Below, one piece after another: positions 45,941 through 59,759 of a stretch of 64,000 nucleotides of DNA (its first letter is position 1; every line of letters begins with the position of its first letter). Made by a program: the position numbers and the translations under genes. The notes under the pieces are model-generated. The model had not been told where the DNA came from. It ran no database searches and was given only the letters and a program-made list of their open reading frames with translations. The stretch lies in the NCBI RefSeq assembly GCF_009914755.1, contig NC_060929.1; one strand, given 5' to 3'. Source of the DNA: the human T2T-CHM13v2.0 reference genome, Homo sapiens.

Positions 45941-46999
45941 TGCTTTACTCACAAAGGGAAGGACAGACTTGGGTAAGGAGAGCTGGAGGGGAAGGAAGAA
46001 GACCCAACTCCAGTGGTAAGTGAGAGCTCTGCTAGCGTCGTGTTGAAGTTTGGTCCTCTTTGAAGTGGACACAGTCTTCCAGGGCAGATCTTCTTAGGCT
46101 CTGGTTGTGGTGAGCTCGTCTCTTACATTGTGCTTACTTAGATCAATGCCTTTTCAGTGTTTGTTTAAATCAACAAGTGTTTTCCTGGATGCCTACAGAG
46201 CTGGAACCTGAGGTCCCCTAAACATTGTCCTTGATGGACAAATCCATATTTGGGATGCTGATCTGTGGTCCTTAACTTAGACGTCTTAGGTCTGACTTCG
46301 AGTCTCCACAGTCATTTCCATTTGACAAAGGGAGTTTAAGCATGTGATTAGATGGGGTCTGTGGAGCATGTGGCTTTGCTTGTTCTAGGAAAAAGAAACG
46401 CACTGAGAAACACCTGGAATTAGAAAGCACTTCCTGGGTGTTTGTGGCTTCCTCTGTCAGCCCTGGAGATGTGGCTGCCCAAAGGCCTGTGTGGCTAACA
46501 GGTGTGCTGGAGATGTCTGGATTGTAGCCTTGCTGGGAGCCCTCATGAAAGACAATGCCCGGGCCCAGGTGTTTGATGGGTTACCATGCTGGGTGAGGGC
46601 GCTGTGCCAGTGGCATAAAGCATGGGGTCATGGGGTCATGGCCTCATGGCCATGGGGTCATGCGTAAAGCAGAGCTGTGGGTCCAGGGTCTGACAGATGG
46701 GACTCACTGCAGGGCCCCTCCTCTCTGTCCTCACCTGAAGCAGTTGCATCCATCAGTCCTTCGCCCATCCCAGAGTTTTGGTGATGGCTTCCCTGTGCCA
46801 GGCTTTCCGCAGGAGACTGGAGGCCAAGACAAGTACAAGCCACGGGGCTCTATCATCAAGGACCCAACAGGCAGCAACATAGGCTGTGGTGAAGACCCTG
46901 AATTCTATGTTCTTGTGGGTCTTGGGAGTTTCTCTGTTGTCTCTGCTCCATGCTAATTGCATAGCATTTCTTTCTTCCATTATGTAACACCGAGAAATA

Positions 47000-47211
47000 C
47001 AGTCATCCTTCAGGACACGTGAGGAATTTGTTCCAGGACTCCCCCACCTATACCCAAATCTGCATATACTCAAGTCCCACAATCCGCTTTGTGGAGCCCC
47101 TGTATACAGAGTCAGCCCTCTGTAGGTGGATTTCACTTCCCACGATTTGGTTGAAAAAAATCTACCTATAAGTGTACTCTGACAGTTCAAGAGTTGTTTA
47201 AGGTTCAACTG
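47000..47211 (+). mobile_element. MER8-like TcMar-Tigger MITE
   Basis: TA|cagtcatcc...gttccaggac...ggttgaaaaaaatc...tcaactg|TA, with TA TSDs. Confidence 0.8.
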
Positions 47212-47341
47212 TAACACAGCCCTATATGAAGAAGAAAGAAAAGGCTGGTGTTGGTGCCACAGCCAGTGGCTCTCTACTTGATTGGAAGTTCTTGTTTAGA
47301 CCTGATACACTGTGAGAATACGATGTGCGTTGGGTTCTTGT

Positions 47342-47344
<3 letters not shown>

Positions 47345-47386
<42 letters not shown>

Positions 47387-47396
47387 TGTGTGTGTA
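47345..47396. repeat. (TG)n microsatellite
   Basis: ~25 TG units, one interruption. Confidence 0.95.
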
Positions 47397-47777
47397 TACT
47401 GCTTTCTTCTCTTTATTTTCCATACAGTTTATAAGAGGACATTCAGACCAACAAACAGTTCTCATCTTCAGTCTTTTAGTGCTGAATAAGTTTTGCTGTG
47501 TGGCATCTTAATGCGCAATTTAGGAAATTGCTCTTGGTATCTTGCAGTCACAGCCAGATTCAATTGGTGAGGGATCTTTCCAGTGCAAACATGGCCTTTT
47601 CCAATACATTTACATATTCTGGGACATTACTCATTTGTTTCCTGGCTTTTAACAGCACTGCAAATATGGGCCTTTTCTGAAACATTTACATAGACCAGGA
47701 CATTATTATTCATGTGTTGCCTGGCTTTTAAATCAACAGCAGTATTTACTTAGCTAAGAAATTGGGAGACTCTTTAG

Positions 47778-48261
<484 letters not shown>

Positions 48262-49349
48262 AGATTTTAGTGATGTTAAAGATCTTTCTGAGTAGAGTTA
48301 CTTTATTTTCACTGTGAATGATCACATTCACAACATGATCCTTATTCTTTTACTCGGACAACATTGAATAGTAATATTTATTAGGTATTTTATTATTCTT
48401 CTGATACAATTTTTTTTTTTTTGGTGTGGAAAATGAAAAAAAAAAGAGAAGTACAAAGAAAAAAACAAAAACCAGTCACCTGTATTCCCAGTACCTGGAG
48501 CTAATGATAGTGAATTTTTCGGTGTTCTTTTCTGACTTGTGCTGTGAAATATATATGCTCTGCCAGATTAGCTATCTGTAAAGTTATCTATCTATAAATA
48601 AAGTTTTGAGTCCTGGTTTATTCACTTGTAGGGGTATTTCTATATTAGAAATACTTCAGAATCTTGATTTTAAAAATCCAACTTCTGCATATATCATAGT
48701 TTATTCAGTAATTTTGGGTCTTTTTTGTTTCTGAAATTTTTTGTGATATAAATAATGCTCTGATGTATGAATGTCTAAATATGTCTCTTATTGGCTCTCT
48801 GGGCAGTTCTGTTTAGATCAATTCCAAGAAGGTATATTATTGGTATGTTATTATTGTACCCAGTTTTCCTTCCACCAACAGGGTATGAAATTGCCTGTTT
48901 CACTATATCCTCATGACACTGAATGTTAATTATCAAAAATGTTGAAACGGCTTTGCTGATCTTCAAAATATTAAGTCATGCATACTTATTGTAAAATATT
49001 CAGATAACATAAAAAGGTAAAATGCCAAAGATGATAAAAAAGTGACTGCGAATTCATGATCTAGGCATACTTATGTATTTGAGGTATAACTTTAGCGACA
49101 TTTAATATAATACGGTACTTATAATCTTTTTTCCTTAGCACCTTCATGAGGGCACCTTTCTTTGCCAGCAAATACATGTCGTTTTTAATGACCACAATGT
49201 ACTCTTTCTGGATATGTTCGTTTCTTTAACCTGTGGCTTCCTAGTGGACATTGAGGTTATTTCTGGTTTGCAGATTAGTAACAACACAGAGATTTGCACA
49301 TCTTTGTACAGAAACCTACTGACTCTCTTAGGAAATTGTTAGATTTTGT

Positions 49350-49730
49350 TTCGATCTGTGGAGTAAGTTCTCTTATTTTTGAAAGTAAATGTGCCTTTCC
49401 CTAAGGTAGGATTAGACTTTCCTCCCCATAACATCACACTTGGCCATGTCACTTGCTCTCGCCAATTCAGTGAGAAGTGACTTGTGTAACTTTTGGCCAG
49501 AAGTTTTAAAATCCAGCGTATGATTTGCCATATCCTTTTTCCCCTCTTCCGGGCAACCCACAATTTTCCAGGTAGAGTTTTCTCCATCAGCCTGAGTCTT
49601 GCAAGGGAAAACAATGTGGAAAAAAGCTGCATGCCAACCATGTGGAATGAGCAGGAAGCAGACGTTTGTCGTATGCCATTGGGATGTGGAGATTGCTTGT
49701 TCTGCTGCACAGTCTAACTCAGCCTGAGTG
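49350..49730 (+). mobile_element. MLT1I/J-like LTR
   Basis: cttggccatgtcacttgct...cagaagttttaa...ctccatcagcctgagtc...ttgcttgtt. Confidence 0.65.
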
Positions 49731-49887
49731 CATATTAGCTAGTGGCTCCCTAGAGAGAGTGAACTTGCTTATTGTCATCACTTATGCATATGAATACTGC
49801 CTCAGCGTCCATCTGCTTGTCCTGTTCCCAGCTTGTCATGCTTGACTAACATATTTTGAGGCAGTCTTCACGCAGCTCCTGTTTTCA

Positions 49888-50274
49888 TGTTCTGGGTAGA
49901 TAAGACCCCATACCCTGAGCTGCTTGACCACATTACTTCTGCTTTAAGCCTCGGGAACCTGATAAGGTAACCCCCGAGTTCCTGTGCTGAGTCTCGTGCT
50001 TCCTTCAAATGAACTAATCCAACCGTGCTGTGGGAAACCCACCTAGGTAACCCCATAAAGGATCCAACCCACAGGCCCCTCCGTTTCTCGTTCCCCACCT
50101 GCTGGTCGAAGGAGCAGGTCCTGGATGGCTCCTCCCCTCTTCTCTTTGGTCTTGCCAGGGGTGCTGTCCTCTTCCTTCCAGACCTGTGAGTAGTAAACTT
50201 GATTCATTTTGCAGTCTGAGTGTCCCTCACTGTGCTGCACCTGACTACACCAAGCCTCACCATCTCACTTAACA
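49888..50274 (+). mobile_element. Probable ERV solo LTR (family not determined)
   Basis: TG...CA termini, near-TSD tttca/ttaca, cataaa TATA-like at ~50054, agtaaa polyA-like at 50192. Confidence 0.55.
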
Positions 50275-50609
50275 TTACAACACTGAAGCTTTCTAGCAAG
50301 GTAAGGGAGTACATTTCCTTCTACACTTTGCCAACACCAATTAATTTGACTCTGTTTACTCTTTTCCAACTTGTCAAAAAATGACACCTCACTTTTATTT
50401 GTGCATTTTTGTTGATTAGTGAGGCTGAGACATATTTCATATCACATGTTTACTAGCCCTTTGTATTTCTTTCTTTGAACTAATTTACCAATTCCTTTGT
50501 CAATTTTTTGATTAGTCTGTCTTATCTTCTTGAGGTCTAAGGATTTTTTTACATATGCTAAAGTTATTATATTCTGCCTTCTTTTTCTAATTTGTCATTT
50601 AAAAAATCT

Positions 50610-51340
50610 TGTTTGGGGTTTATAGAGTTTCCTGAATATGCGGCTTGATATCTCTTGTCAGTTTTGGAAAATTCTCTGCCATTATCTTGTCAAATATTGT
50701 TTTTGTTCCAATCCCTTTTTCTTCCTATCCTGTGACACCAAATTCACACACATTAGACCTTTTATACCATGCTGCCTGTGTATGTTATGCTTTTCTTCCT
50801 ATCTTTTAAATCTTTTTTTTTTTTAATTTTCTGGGCATTTTTGATTAAACTTATCTTTTGATTCACTAATCATATCTTTACCCTAATCTACTATTTAATT
50901 GCTTTTTACATTCTTAATTTCAATTATGCTGTATTTCTAAAATTTTTGATTCTTTATTGATTCTAGTTCTGTAATAAAGTTCCTCATTTGTCATTATTTG
51001 CTTTTACATATTAGTTATTTTAAAGCTTGATCCTTCTAATTTCTGGATCTTCTGGGGATGTTTTCTATTTTCTGTTTTTCTCTTGGCCCTGTCTCCTGAT
51101 ACATCTGGTAATTTTTGGAATGCTAGACATTGTGTATGAAAATTGAAGTAGCACTAGATTGTGTTATCTTGTCCAGGGAGGATTTAGTTTGCTTCTGGCA
51201 GACAGAGTGGGACAGAAGATTGCAGTCTAGGTTGTAGTTTTTATAAGATCTGGCCTCTTTCTGGCCTGTCTTGTAGGATATAGCCCTTTTGGCTTCCTAT
51301 AGAAATATGGCCTGGGCAGATCATGAATGCCACTTTTGTC
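50610..51340 (-). mobile_element. Degraded L1M fragment
   Basis: cagttttggaaaattctctgccattatct...aaatattg...; T-rich. Confidence 0.5.
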
Positions 51341-51349
51341 TCCTTAACC

Positions 51350-51578
51350 CAAGCTTATCCAACCCCTGGCCTGCGGGCCACATGAGGCCCAGGATGACTT
51401 TGAATGCAGCCCAACACAAATTTGTAGACTTTCTTAAAATATTATGAGATGCGCGCGCGCGCGTGTGTGTGTGTGTGTGTGTTTTCAGCCAGTGTTAGTG
51501 TTAGTATATTTTATGTGTGGCCCAAGACAATTCTTCTTCCATTGAGGTCCAGGGAAGCCAAAAGATTGGATACCCCTC
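51350..51578 (-). mobile_element. MER30 (hAT-Charlie) containing (GC)6(GT)10
   Basis: gcgggccacatg.ggcccaggatg...gcccaacacaaatt...gggaagccaaaagattgga. Confidence 0.85.
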
Positions 51579-52028
51579 CCTGCAAACCCTCGAGAGTATG
51601 ACCAACTCTGCTTAGCTCCTCCTACCCTTCACTACTGCTCTCTGCTTGGTTTCTCAGCACCCAGCCTTACTCAGCAAATGCCCTTAGGGAAAGCCATGAG
51701 AATGGAAGCTTATCTCAGGATTTCCGCCTTCTTTCTGGAATACAATCAGGCCTGCAAGTCCTGGTCGTCTTGGAAACTGGATGCCTCCAAATGGATATTT
51801 AGGGAAAAAAAGTATTCAGTTGTTCTCAGGGGAAAAGTGCCTCTGATTGAAGCCAGTTTCTCAGAGCTGAAAGTCAGAGTCCCTGTCATTTGCCTTTTTA
51901 CTTTCTTTATGCTGTTTTGCTGAGAAGGTTTAAATTTTTATACAGTCAGATGTATCTATTTCTTTATGGTTTCCGGCCTTGCTCTATTGCTTCAAAATGC
52001 TGTTTCTAAGCCAGGTTTATAGAAATAG

Positions 52029-52339
<311 letters not shown>

Positions 52340-53189
52340 TTTTTAGTGTTTTTATGATTGAATATTTAATGATTCATTTCAGCCTGAGATGTGAGATAAA
52401 GATCCACCTTATTTTTTTTCCATATGACTGGGACTTTTGTCCAGAACCATTAATGAATTCATCTTTTGTGAAGATCTGAAATGTAATATTTATTGTTAAG
52501 CATATGGTGTCTCATTAATATTTTAATTTACATTATTTTGCTTACTAGTAAGATTATGTATATTTTACATGTATTTACTGGCTTTTTGCTATTTTTTGGT
52601 TTTTCTACTCATTCCTTTACCCTTGAAAAATTGTACTCTTGGTGTATTTATGCTGATATTCAATATAATATTTCTGTTTATATTTAAATCATTCTGTGAA
52701 TGTCACTAATCTTGATTGCTTTTTCATTTTTCTTTCAATTTTACTTATAATTTTGATATAAGGGAATATTGTATTTATATAGTAACTTACATTGTATATT
52801 TATTGTTATCTTATTATTTTTAGCTTTTGAATCTCTTATCTCCATCAGCAAACTATTTTAGGATATAAGTATGTATGTATGTATGTATATATATTATACC
52901 CTTGACTTTTTAGTCCTTTTGTATTATCTTTTGATTTTATGGTGTGTGTGTGTGTGTGTGTTTACTGCTCAGTAATCAACTTTTCCAGCAATGTTGGTTG
53001 AGTCATCCATCACTGCCCAGATTGCTCCTTTAACACATGTTCCCCTTTAAAGACAGGGTCTTATTTTGGGCCATCTGCTTTATTTTCTTCTCACCAATTT
53101 GTGGGAAAACTTTATTCTTGTTAGTATTCTACTTTCCTTGTCTCTTATTTTTGTTAAACAGAGCATATATGTGATAGAAAATAGAATCC

Positions 53190-53520
53190 TGGCTGGGCGT
53201 GGTGGCGCCCATGCCTGTAATCCCAGCACTTTGGGAGGCCAGGGCGGGCGGATCACCTGAGGTCAGGAGTTTAAGACTAGCCTGGCCAACATGGTGAAAC
53301 CCCATCTCTACTAAAAAAAAAAAAAAAAAAAAAAAAATTAGGTGGACGTGGTGGCGGCTGTAATCCCAGCTACTTGGAAGGCTGAGCATGAGAATCGCTT
53401 GAACCCGGGAGGTGGAGGTTGCAATGAGCTGAGCTGAGATTGCACCACTGCACTCCAGCCTGGGCGACAGAGTGAGACTCTGTCAAAAAAAAAAAAAAGA
53501 AGAAGAAAAAGAAAAGAAAA
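53190..53520 (+). mobile_element. Alu (AluS-like)
   Basis: TSD gaaaatagaatcct. Confidence 0.95.
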
Positions 53521-55069
53521 TAGAATCCTGCAGATGAGCTTGCAGTGAGAGACCCCAGGCTTCTTGGCCACCTGTCTGCTCCTCAGAGCTGTCTCTTGCC
53601 ACTGTTCCCACTTTCATTTCATCTGGCAGTCCCCTCCCTGCCAGTTGCAACCTGCTCATCATAGCTACTCTTGGTTTGTCCATTTGAGGCAGTGGAGATG
53701 ATTGTGTGCAATGGTAGTGGAGTTTTTTGCTGACTTGCCCTTTTCACCCCTCTGATCAGACCCATCCACCCATCCTTTTTCATATGTATTCTTTTAGTTT
53801 CTTATATATGTTATTTCAACCCCAGTTCCTTCTCCATCAATTCTAGCTGGTATTTCCTGACTTCTCCTCTGTTAGGTAAGGACCTTCCTAACCTTTTCCC
53901 ACCACCCCGCATCCACCCCTCATATTGTCTTCGCTAGCTTTCCACTTACGAGACTAGTAACATTTTCTTGGATCTTAATTATGCTTATTATTTCAACTTT
54001 ATCTATAGTTTGATTCTAAAAGTAGAAAACAACTAACCCTTATAACACTACAGCTATTATTAGTCAACTGGCATGATAGGACTATCTTTTTTTCTGTGCA
54101 GTAACATATTTTAAATTATTATCGCAGATAATATATTTTGCTCTGTTTACTTTTTTTTAAAGCATTAGCTATTAATTCTTTTAAGAAAAAACAAAATAAA
54201 GCAAAAACCTGTACCATCAATGAATGTACGACCCCATCTGCAATGACAGAATACTTTCCTCCCCTTTAGACACTGGATATTTGAGTGGGGAGCTTCTCAA
54301 AGGGGTCATCTACACATTTGTTGTATGACATTTACTTTTTAGTGCCTTAACTTGCCTTGTACTGTACCTCACCTCTGTCTCAGTCGACACCCTACCCTGC
54401 TCATCCCAACCCCACCCTGGGTCAACCTCCTGTTCACCATGACTCCAGCCCAACTCCTCCAACCCTAGCTCACCTCCAGAGCTCTGAGTCTTCCCCTCTC
54501 CAGCCTCTCTCCAACCTCTTCTCCTCCCGGGCAGGGGGGCTAACATCAGACCCCGACTCAATGACCCACTCACTCCCCAACCCCTCACCCTGGCTCAACT
54601 TCCCTGACCCTGGCTCACCTGGATCCCCATTCCAGCACAACCCCCACCCCTCTCAACTCACTTACCCTCACCCCCTCATGAACCCTCTGCCATTTAAGGA
54701 TAGTTCATCTCCTTTTCTGCTGCAAGACTACTCTTGGCTGTTGAGCTACAGTTTTTTCAGACCCAAGGCCTGTGCTGTCTCTGAGCCGAATTCTGGTCCC
54801 GTGGCAAGGCAGAACCTGTCCCAGAGTCTCTGCAGTGAGCAAAGCCTAGAGACTCAACAGCGAGGAGTAACCACATGTGGGAGCTGTCAGCTCACGGGGA
54901 TTTTCTCTCCTCTCCAAGGGCAGGAATTCTCTTCATTGTCACAGACCTATTCCTTATTTAAAGCTTTTTTTCACTCTTATTCAGGGAGGGATGTTTAAAG
55001 AGATCATGTATTTATTGATTGATTGATCTCCAATACTGCAGAAAATATGCATTTTAAAAACACACATCC

Positions 55070-55369
55070 TTCTTTTTTTTTTTTTTTTTTTTTTTTGAGA
55101 CAGGGTTTCTTGCTCTTGTTGCCCAGGCTGGAGTGCAATGCCCACCACAACCTCCGCTTGCCGGGTTCAAGCGATTCTCCTGCCTCAGGCTCCTGAGGAG
55201 CTGGGATTACAGGCATGCGCCACCACGCCCGGCTAATTTTTGTATTTTTAGTAGAGACAGGGTTTCTCCATGTTGGTGAGACTGGTTTTGAACTCCCAAC
55301 CTCAGCTGATCTGCCCTCCTCGGCCTCCCAAAGTGCTGGGATTACAGGTGTGAACCACCACGCCCAGCC
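55070..55369 (-). mobile_element. Alu (AluS-like)
   Basis: TSD-like aaaaacaca...ttct on both sides. Confidence 0.94.
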
Positions 55370-56104
55370 AAAAACACATTCTTCTTTCTACTTGTTATTC
55401 CCTTCGTGCATGCACTCATCCCCATGCATGCCGAGGGCACATGTTCTGGAAGGCCCCTGGGAGCCACATGGGGTTCACGACCTCAAAACTGAAGCCCTCA
55501 GAGGGTATTTGATTCATTAGGTGGGGTAAGACATGAACCTAAGAAGAACGACTCCTTGAAAGAAAATGAGGTAACAGGAAAGGAATTCACTGATACATGT
55601 CAGGAACCCAGAGCTGCCTGCGATGTGGGTGGGATTCGGCACTGGGAAACCTTGTGTGTGGGTCCTTCGGGGAAAGTGGGAGTTGACTGCCGTTGAGCGG
55701 GTAGGAAAGTGCCTTCCAGGTACAGGCAGCAGGAGTGGTGATTGTCTTGGTAGAGGATGGGTGAACTGCAAATAGAGTTGAAGGAGCTGGGCTGAGTAGT
55801 TGGGATTTCACTCCCCGGGTGATTGGTGGGACCCAGCAGGGCCAGTCCTGGGCTTTTCCTATGGCAAGTAACTCAAGAGCTGCAGGAGCAGATGTTGTTA
55901 AGCAGAGAGGAAACACCAAACATGGATCCCTATCTCTAGCGAGTGTGCCCTGTGACTGTGGAGGGTGGAGGGGAGTCACGCCAGAGGGAGGTGCTGTGTT
56001 GGGGCCAGACCGGAGGGATACATCCTGAGCAGGAGAGGAGGGAGGAGGCCAGGTGGAGGAGCGGCCTGGGGGACATAGGTGGTTGTGGTGCTAGATTGGC
56101 AGTG

Positions 56105-56457
56105 GATTTTTTTCTGAAGGCTGCCGTAACAAATGACCACAAAGTAGGTGGCTTAAACATCAGAAATTGATTCTCTCACAATTCTGGGGGGCAGATGTCT
56201 GAAGTCCAGGTGACAGCAGGGCCACGCTCCCTCTGGCAGAGCTGGGAATTCTGCGGTCTGTGACAGCATCGCTCCAATCTCTCTCTGTCCTCATCTGTCC
56301 TCTGCACATCTGTGTCTCAAATCTCCAGGATGATCTCATCTTAGGATCCTTAATTATGATCTATAAAGATGCTATTTCCCAACAGAGTCTCATTCACAGC
56401 GACCGGGGTTAGGATGTGGACATGTCTTTTCTGGGCGATACATTTCAACCTACTACA
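56105..56457 (-). mobile_element. MLT1 solo LTR
   Basis: ggctgccgtaacaaatgaccacaaa...cagaaattgattctctcacaattctgg...ggggttaggatgtggacatgtctttt... Confidence 0.85.
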
Positions 56458-57000
56458 GGCAGTTACCTGAAGGAGTAACTGAAGGAGAGGGGTTCAGAAT
56501 CCTCCAGTGGGGCCTGATGGGCAGAGGAGAGACTTGGACACCCTTAAGAGACGAAATGAATCTTCAGAGGTTCAGCCATTGCTTGCAATGTCATCTTCTG
56601 GGCTCATCCCTGCACTCCAACCCTGGACATTTTCTCTGGTCTTTTCTAGTGGCCACCATCTGGATGATTACGACTCTGGAAATCTCTGTCCATCATCCAT
56701 TTTTTTGCCTCCTCTGTGAACGAGCAGGTGTGATGGCCTGAAAACAGAGAGGGAGAAGGCTGAGTGTACCAGGGCAGGGGAAGCGCTTCCTGGAATTACG
56801 TGTCCCAGGACAAAAGTGAAACTGCCTTCGCTGACTCATAGGAAAGTTTGAAAATATCATGTTTCGCCTATGCCTGGGGGATCTTTGTTTTTGGCATAAG
56901 CCGAACAGATTGTTCCAGGCCAGAAAAAAACTAAGCCAAACCAAAACAACAGAATGACTTAATTATGTACCAGCACCCTTTAAAATTAATTATGCTTGCT

Positions 57001-58705
57001 TTCTTTTTGTCCCCCTCAACTTTTAGTTTAAGTTCTGAGGCACATGTGCAGGATGTGCAGGTTTGTTACACAGGCAGTGTGCCATGCCCATTGTGGTTTG
57101 CTGCACAGATCAACCCATCAGCTAGGTATTAAGTGCAGAATTCTTTAGCTATTCTTCCTGATGCTCTCCTGCCTCACACCCCCTGATAAGCCCCTGTGTG
57201 CATTGATCCCCAACTGTGTGTCCATGTGTTCTCATCGTTCAGCTCCCACTTATAAGTGAGAACATGCAGTGTTTGTTTTTCTGTTTCTGCATTAGTTTGC
57301 CAAGGATAATGCCTTCCAGCACCATCCATGTTCCTGCAAAGGACATGGTCTTGTTCCTTTTTATGGCTGCATAGTATTCCATGGTATATAAGATTATGTA
57401 AAGAGATCGAACCTACAACTGATTGGCGTACCTGAAAGACATGGGGAGAATGGAACCAATTTGGAAAACATAATTCAGGATATCATTTGTGAGAACTTCC
57501 CCAACCTAGTAAGACAGGCCAACATTTAAATTCAGGAAATGCAGAGAAACCCAGTAAGATGCTCCATGAGACCATCAACCCCAAGACACATCATCATCAG
57601 ATTCTCCAAGGTTGAAATGAAAGAAAAAATGTTAAGGGCAGCCAGAGAGAAAGGCCAGGTTACCCACAAAGAGAATCCCGTCAGACTAACAGTGGACCTC
57701 TCAGCAGAAACCCCACAAGCCAGAAGAGATTGGGGGACAATATTCAACATTCTTAAAGAAAAAAAAATTCCAACTCAGTTTCATATCCAGCCAATCTAAG
57801 TATTCATAAGTGAAGGAGAAATAAGATCCTTTTCAGAAAAGCAAATGCTGAGGGAATTTGTCACCATCAGGCCTGGCTTGCAAGAGCTCCTGAAGGTAGC
57901 ACTAAATATGGAAAGGAAAAAAACACTCCCAGCCACAACACACTGAAGTACACAGACAAGTGACACTATGAGGCAACAACATAAACAACTCTGCAAATAA
58001 CCAGCTAGCATCGTGATGACAGGATCAGACTCACACATAGCAATATTATCCTTAAATGTAAATTGGCTGAATGTCCCAATTAAAAGACACAGAATAGCAA
58101 GCTGGGTAAAGAGTTAAGACCCATCAGTGTGCTTTCTTCAAGAGACTCATCTCACATGCAAAGACACATGTAGGCTGAAAATGAAGGGATGGAGGAAAAT
58201 TTACCAAGCAAGGGGAAAACAGGAAAAAGCAGGGAGTGCAATTCTAGTTTCTGACAAAACAGGCTTTAAACCAACAAAGATAAAAAAAGACAAAGAAGGG
58301 CATTACATAATGGTAAAGGAGTCGATTCAACAAGAAGAGCTAACTATCCTAAATATATATGCACCCAATACAGGGGCACCCAGATTCATGAGGCAAATTT
58401 GTAGAGACCTACAAAGAGACTTAGACTCCCACACAATAATAATGGGAGACTTTAACACCCCACTGACAATATTAGATCATCAAGACAGAAAATTAACAAA
58501 TATTCAGGACCTGAACTCAGCTCTGGATCAAGCAGACCTCATAGATATCTCCAGGACTCTCCACCCTAAAACAACAGAATATACATTCCTCTCATCACTA
58601 CATGGCACTTACTCTAAAGTTGCTCACATAATCAGAAGTAAAACACTCCTCAGCAAATGCAGAAGAACTGAAATCATAACAAACAGTCTCTCAGACCACA
58701 GCACA
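57001..58705 (-). mobile_element. L1PA insertion with 5' inversion: 3' end on minus (57001-57390) plus inverted ORF1-end/ORF2-EN segment on plus (57391-58705)
   Basis: Orientation switch at ~57390; 17-bp TSD aa(t/c)taattatgctt(g/t)ct at 56984-57000 and 58706-58722. Confidence 0.88.
58016..58705 (+). pseudogene. Disrupted L1 ORF2 endonuclease (APE-like) domain remnant
   Basis: LQETHL, KGWRKIYQA, NIYAPN, MGDFNTPL and SLSDHS motifs; stop codon at ~58115; truncated after the EN domain. Confidence 0.88.
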
Positions 58706-59062
58706 AACTAATTATGCTTTCTAATATGAACCTCTAATTCTTGGTTATATCTTGTACATACATGTGTTTTTTTCTTTTAGTTTTGGATTTCTGGACCTTG
58801 ACATGTTTACCAGGAGTACTAGATTTTCTTGCTATGTTCCTTTTCTTGGCATATGACTTTGATCCTTCTGAGGGGTTGGAGTCAGAAGCCAATTACCACT
58901 ACTTTTTCCTGCCTCCTCCCACATCCAGATGTCTGTTCTCCAGCCTCCATCTCTTCTAAGTTTGCCTTCTCCTCTCAGTACCTGGATGTGACCACCCCAT
59001 TCAGTGGCGTCATCTCTACCTAGTGACTCCTAGGAGACTTTTGAGTATTTTCTGACTTCTAG

Positions 59063-59419
<357 letters not shown>

Positions 59420-59422
59420 TGA

Positions 59423-59592
59423 TTTTTGTTTTGTTTTGTTTTGCTTTTAATTAAAAAAATTTTTTTTAATGTTTAGAGACAGAGTCTTACTATGTTGCAC
59501 AGACTGGTCTTGGAACTCCTGGGCTCTAGCAATCCTCCCATCTCAGCCTCCCAAAGTTCTGGGATTGCAGGCATTAGCTACTACACCTGGCC
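59423..59592 (-). mobile_element. FLAM monomer
   Basis: agagacagagtcttactatgttg...cacctggcc. Confidence 0.85.
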
Positions 59593-59622
59593 AATCATAT
59601 TTTATGTTAATAATACTTGGTT

Positions 59623-59757
59623 AGCCAGGCATGGTGGCTCATGTCCGTAATCCCAACACTTTGGGAGGCTGAGGCAGGTGAATCACTTGAGCCCAGAAGT
59701 TTGAGACCAGCCTGAGCAACACAGAGAAATCCTGTCTTAAAGAAAAAATAAAAAAAT
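59623..59757 (+). mobile_element. FLAM / Alu left monomer
   Basis: agccaggcatggtggctcatg...gagaccagcctgagcaac plus A tail. Confidence 0.85.
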
Positions 59758-59759
59758 AC

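Noticed and set aside
46620-46662. Short catggggt 8-mer repeat
   Set aside because: About five degenerate copies; ordinary slippage.
58127-58711. 194-aa endonuclease ORF as a domesticated nuclease
   Set aside because: Upstream stop, missing N-terminal catalytic residues, a frameshifted stretch, truncation at the TSD; ordinary L1 remnant.
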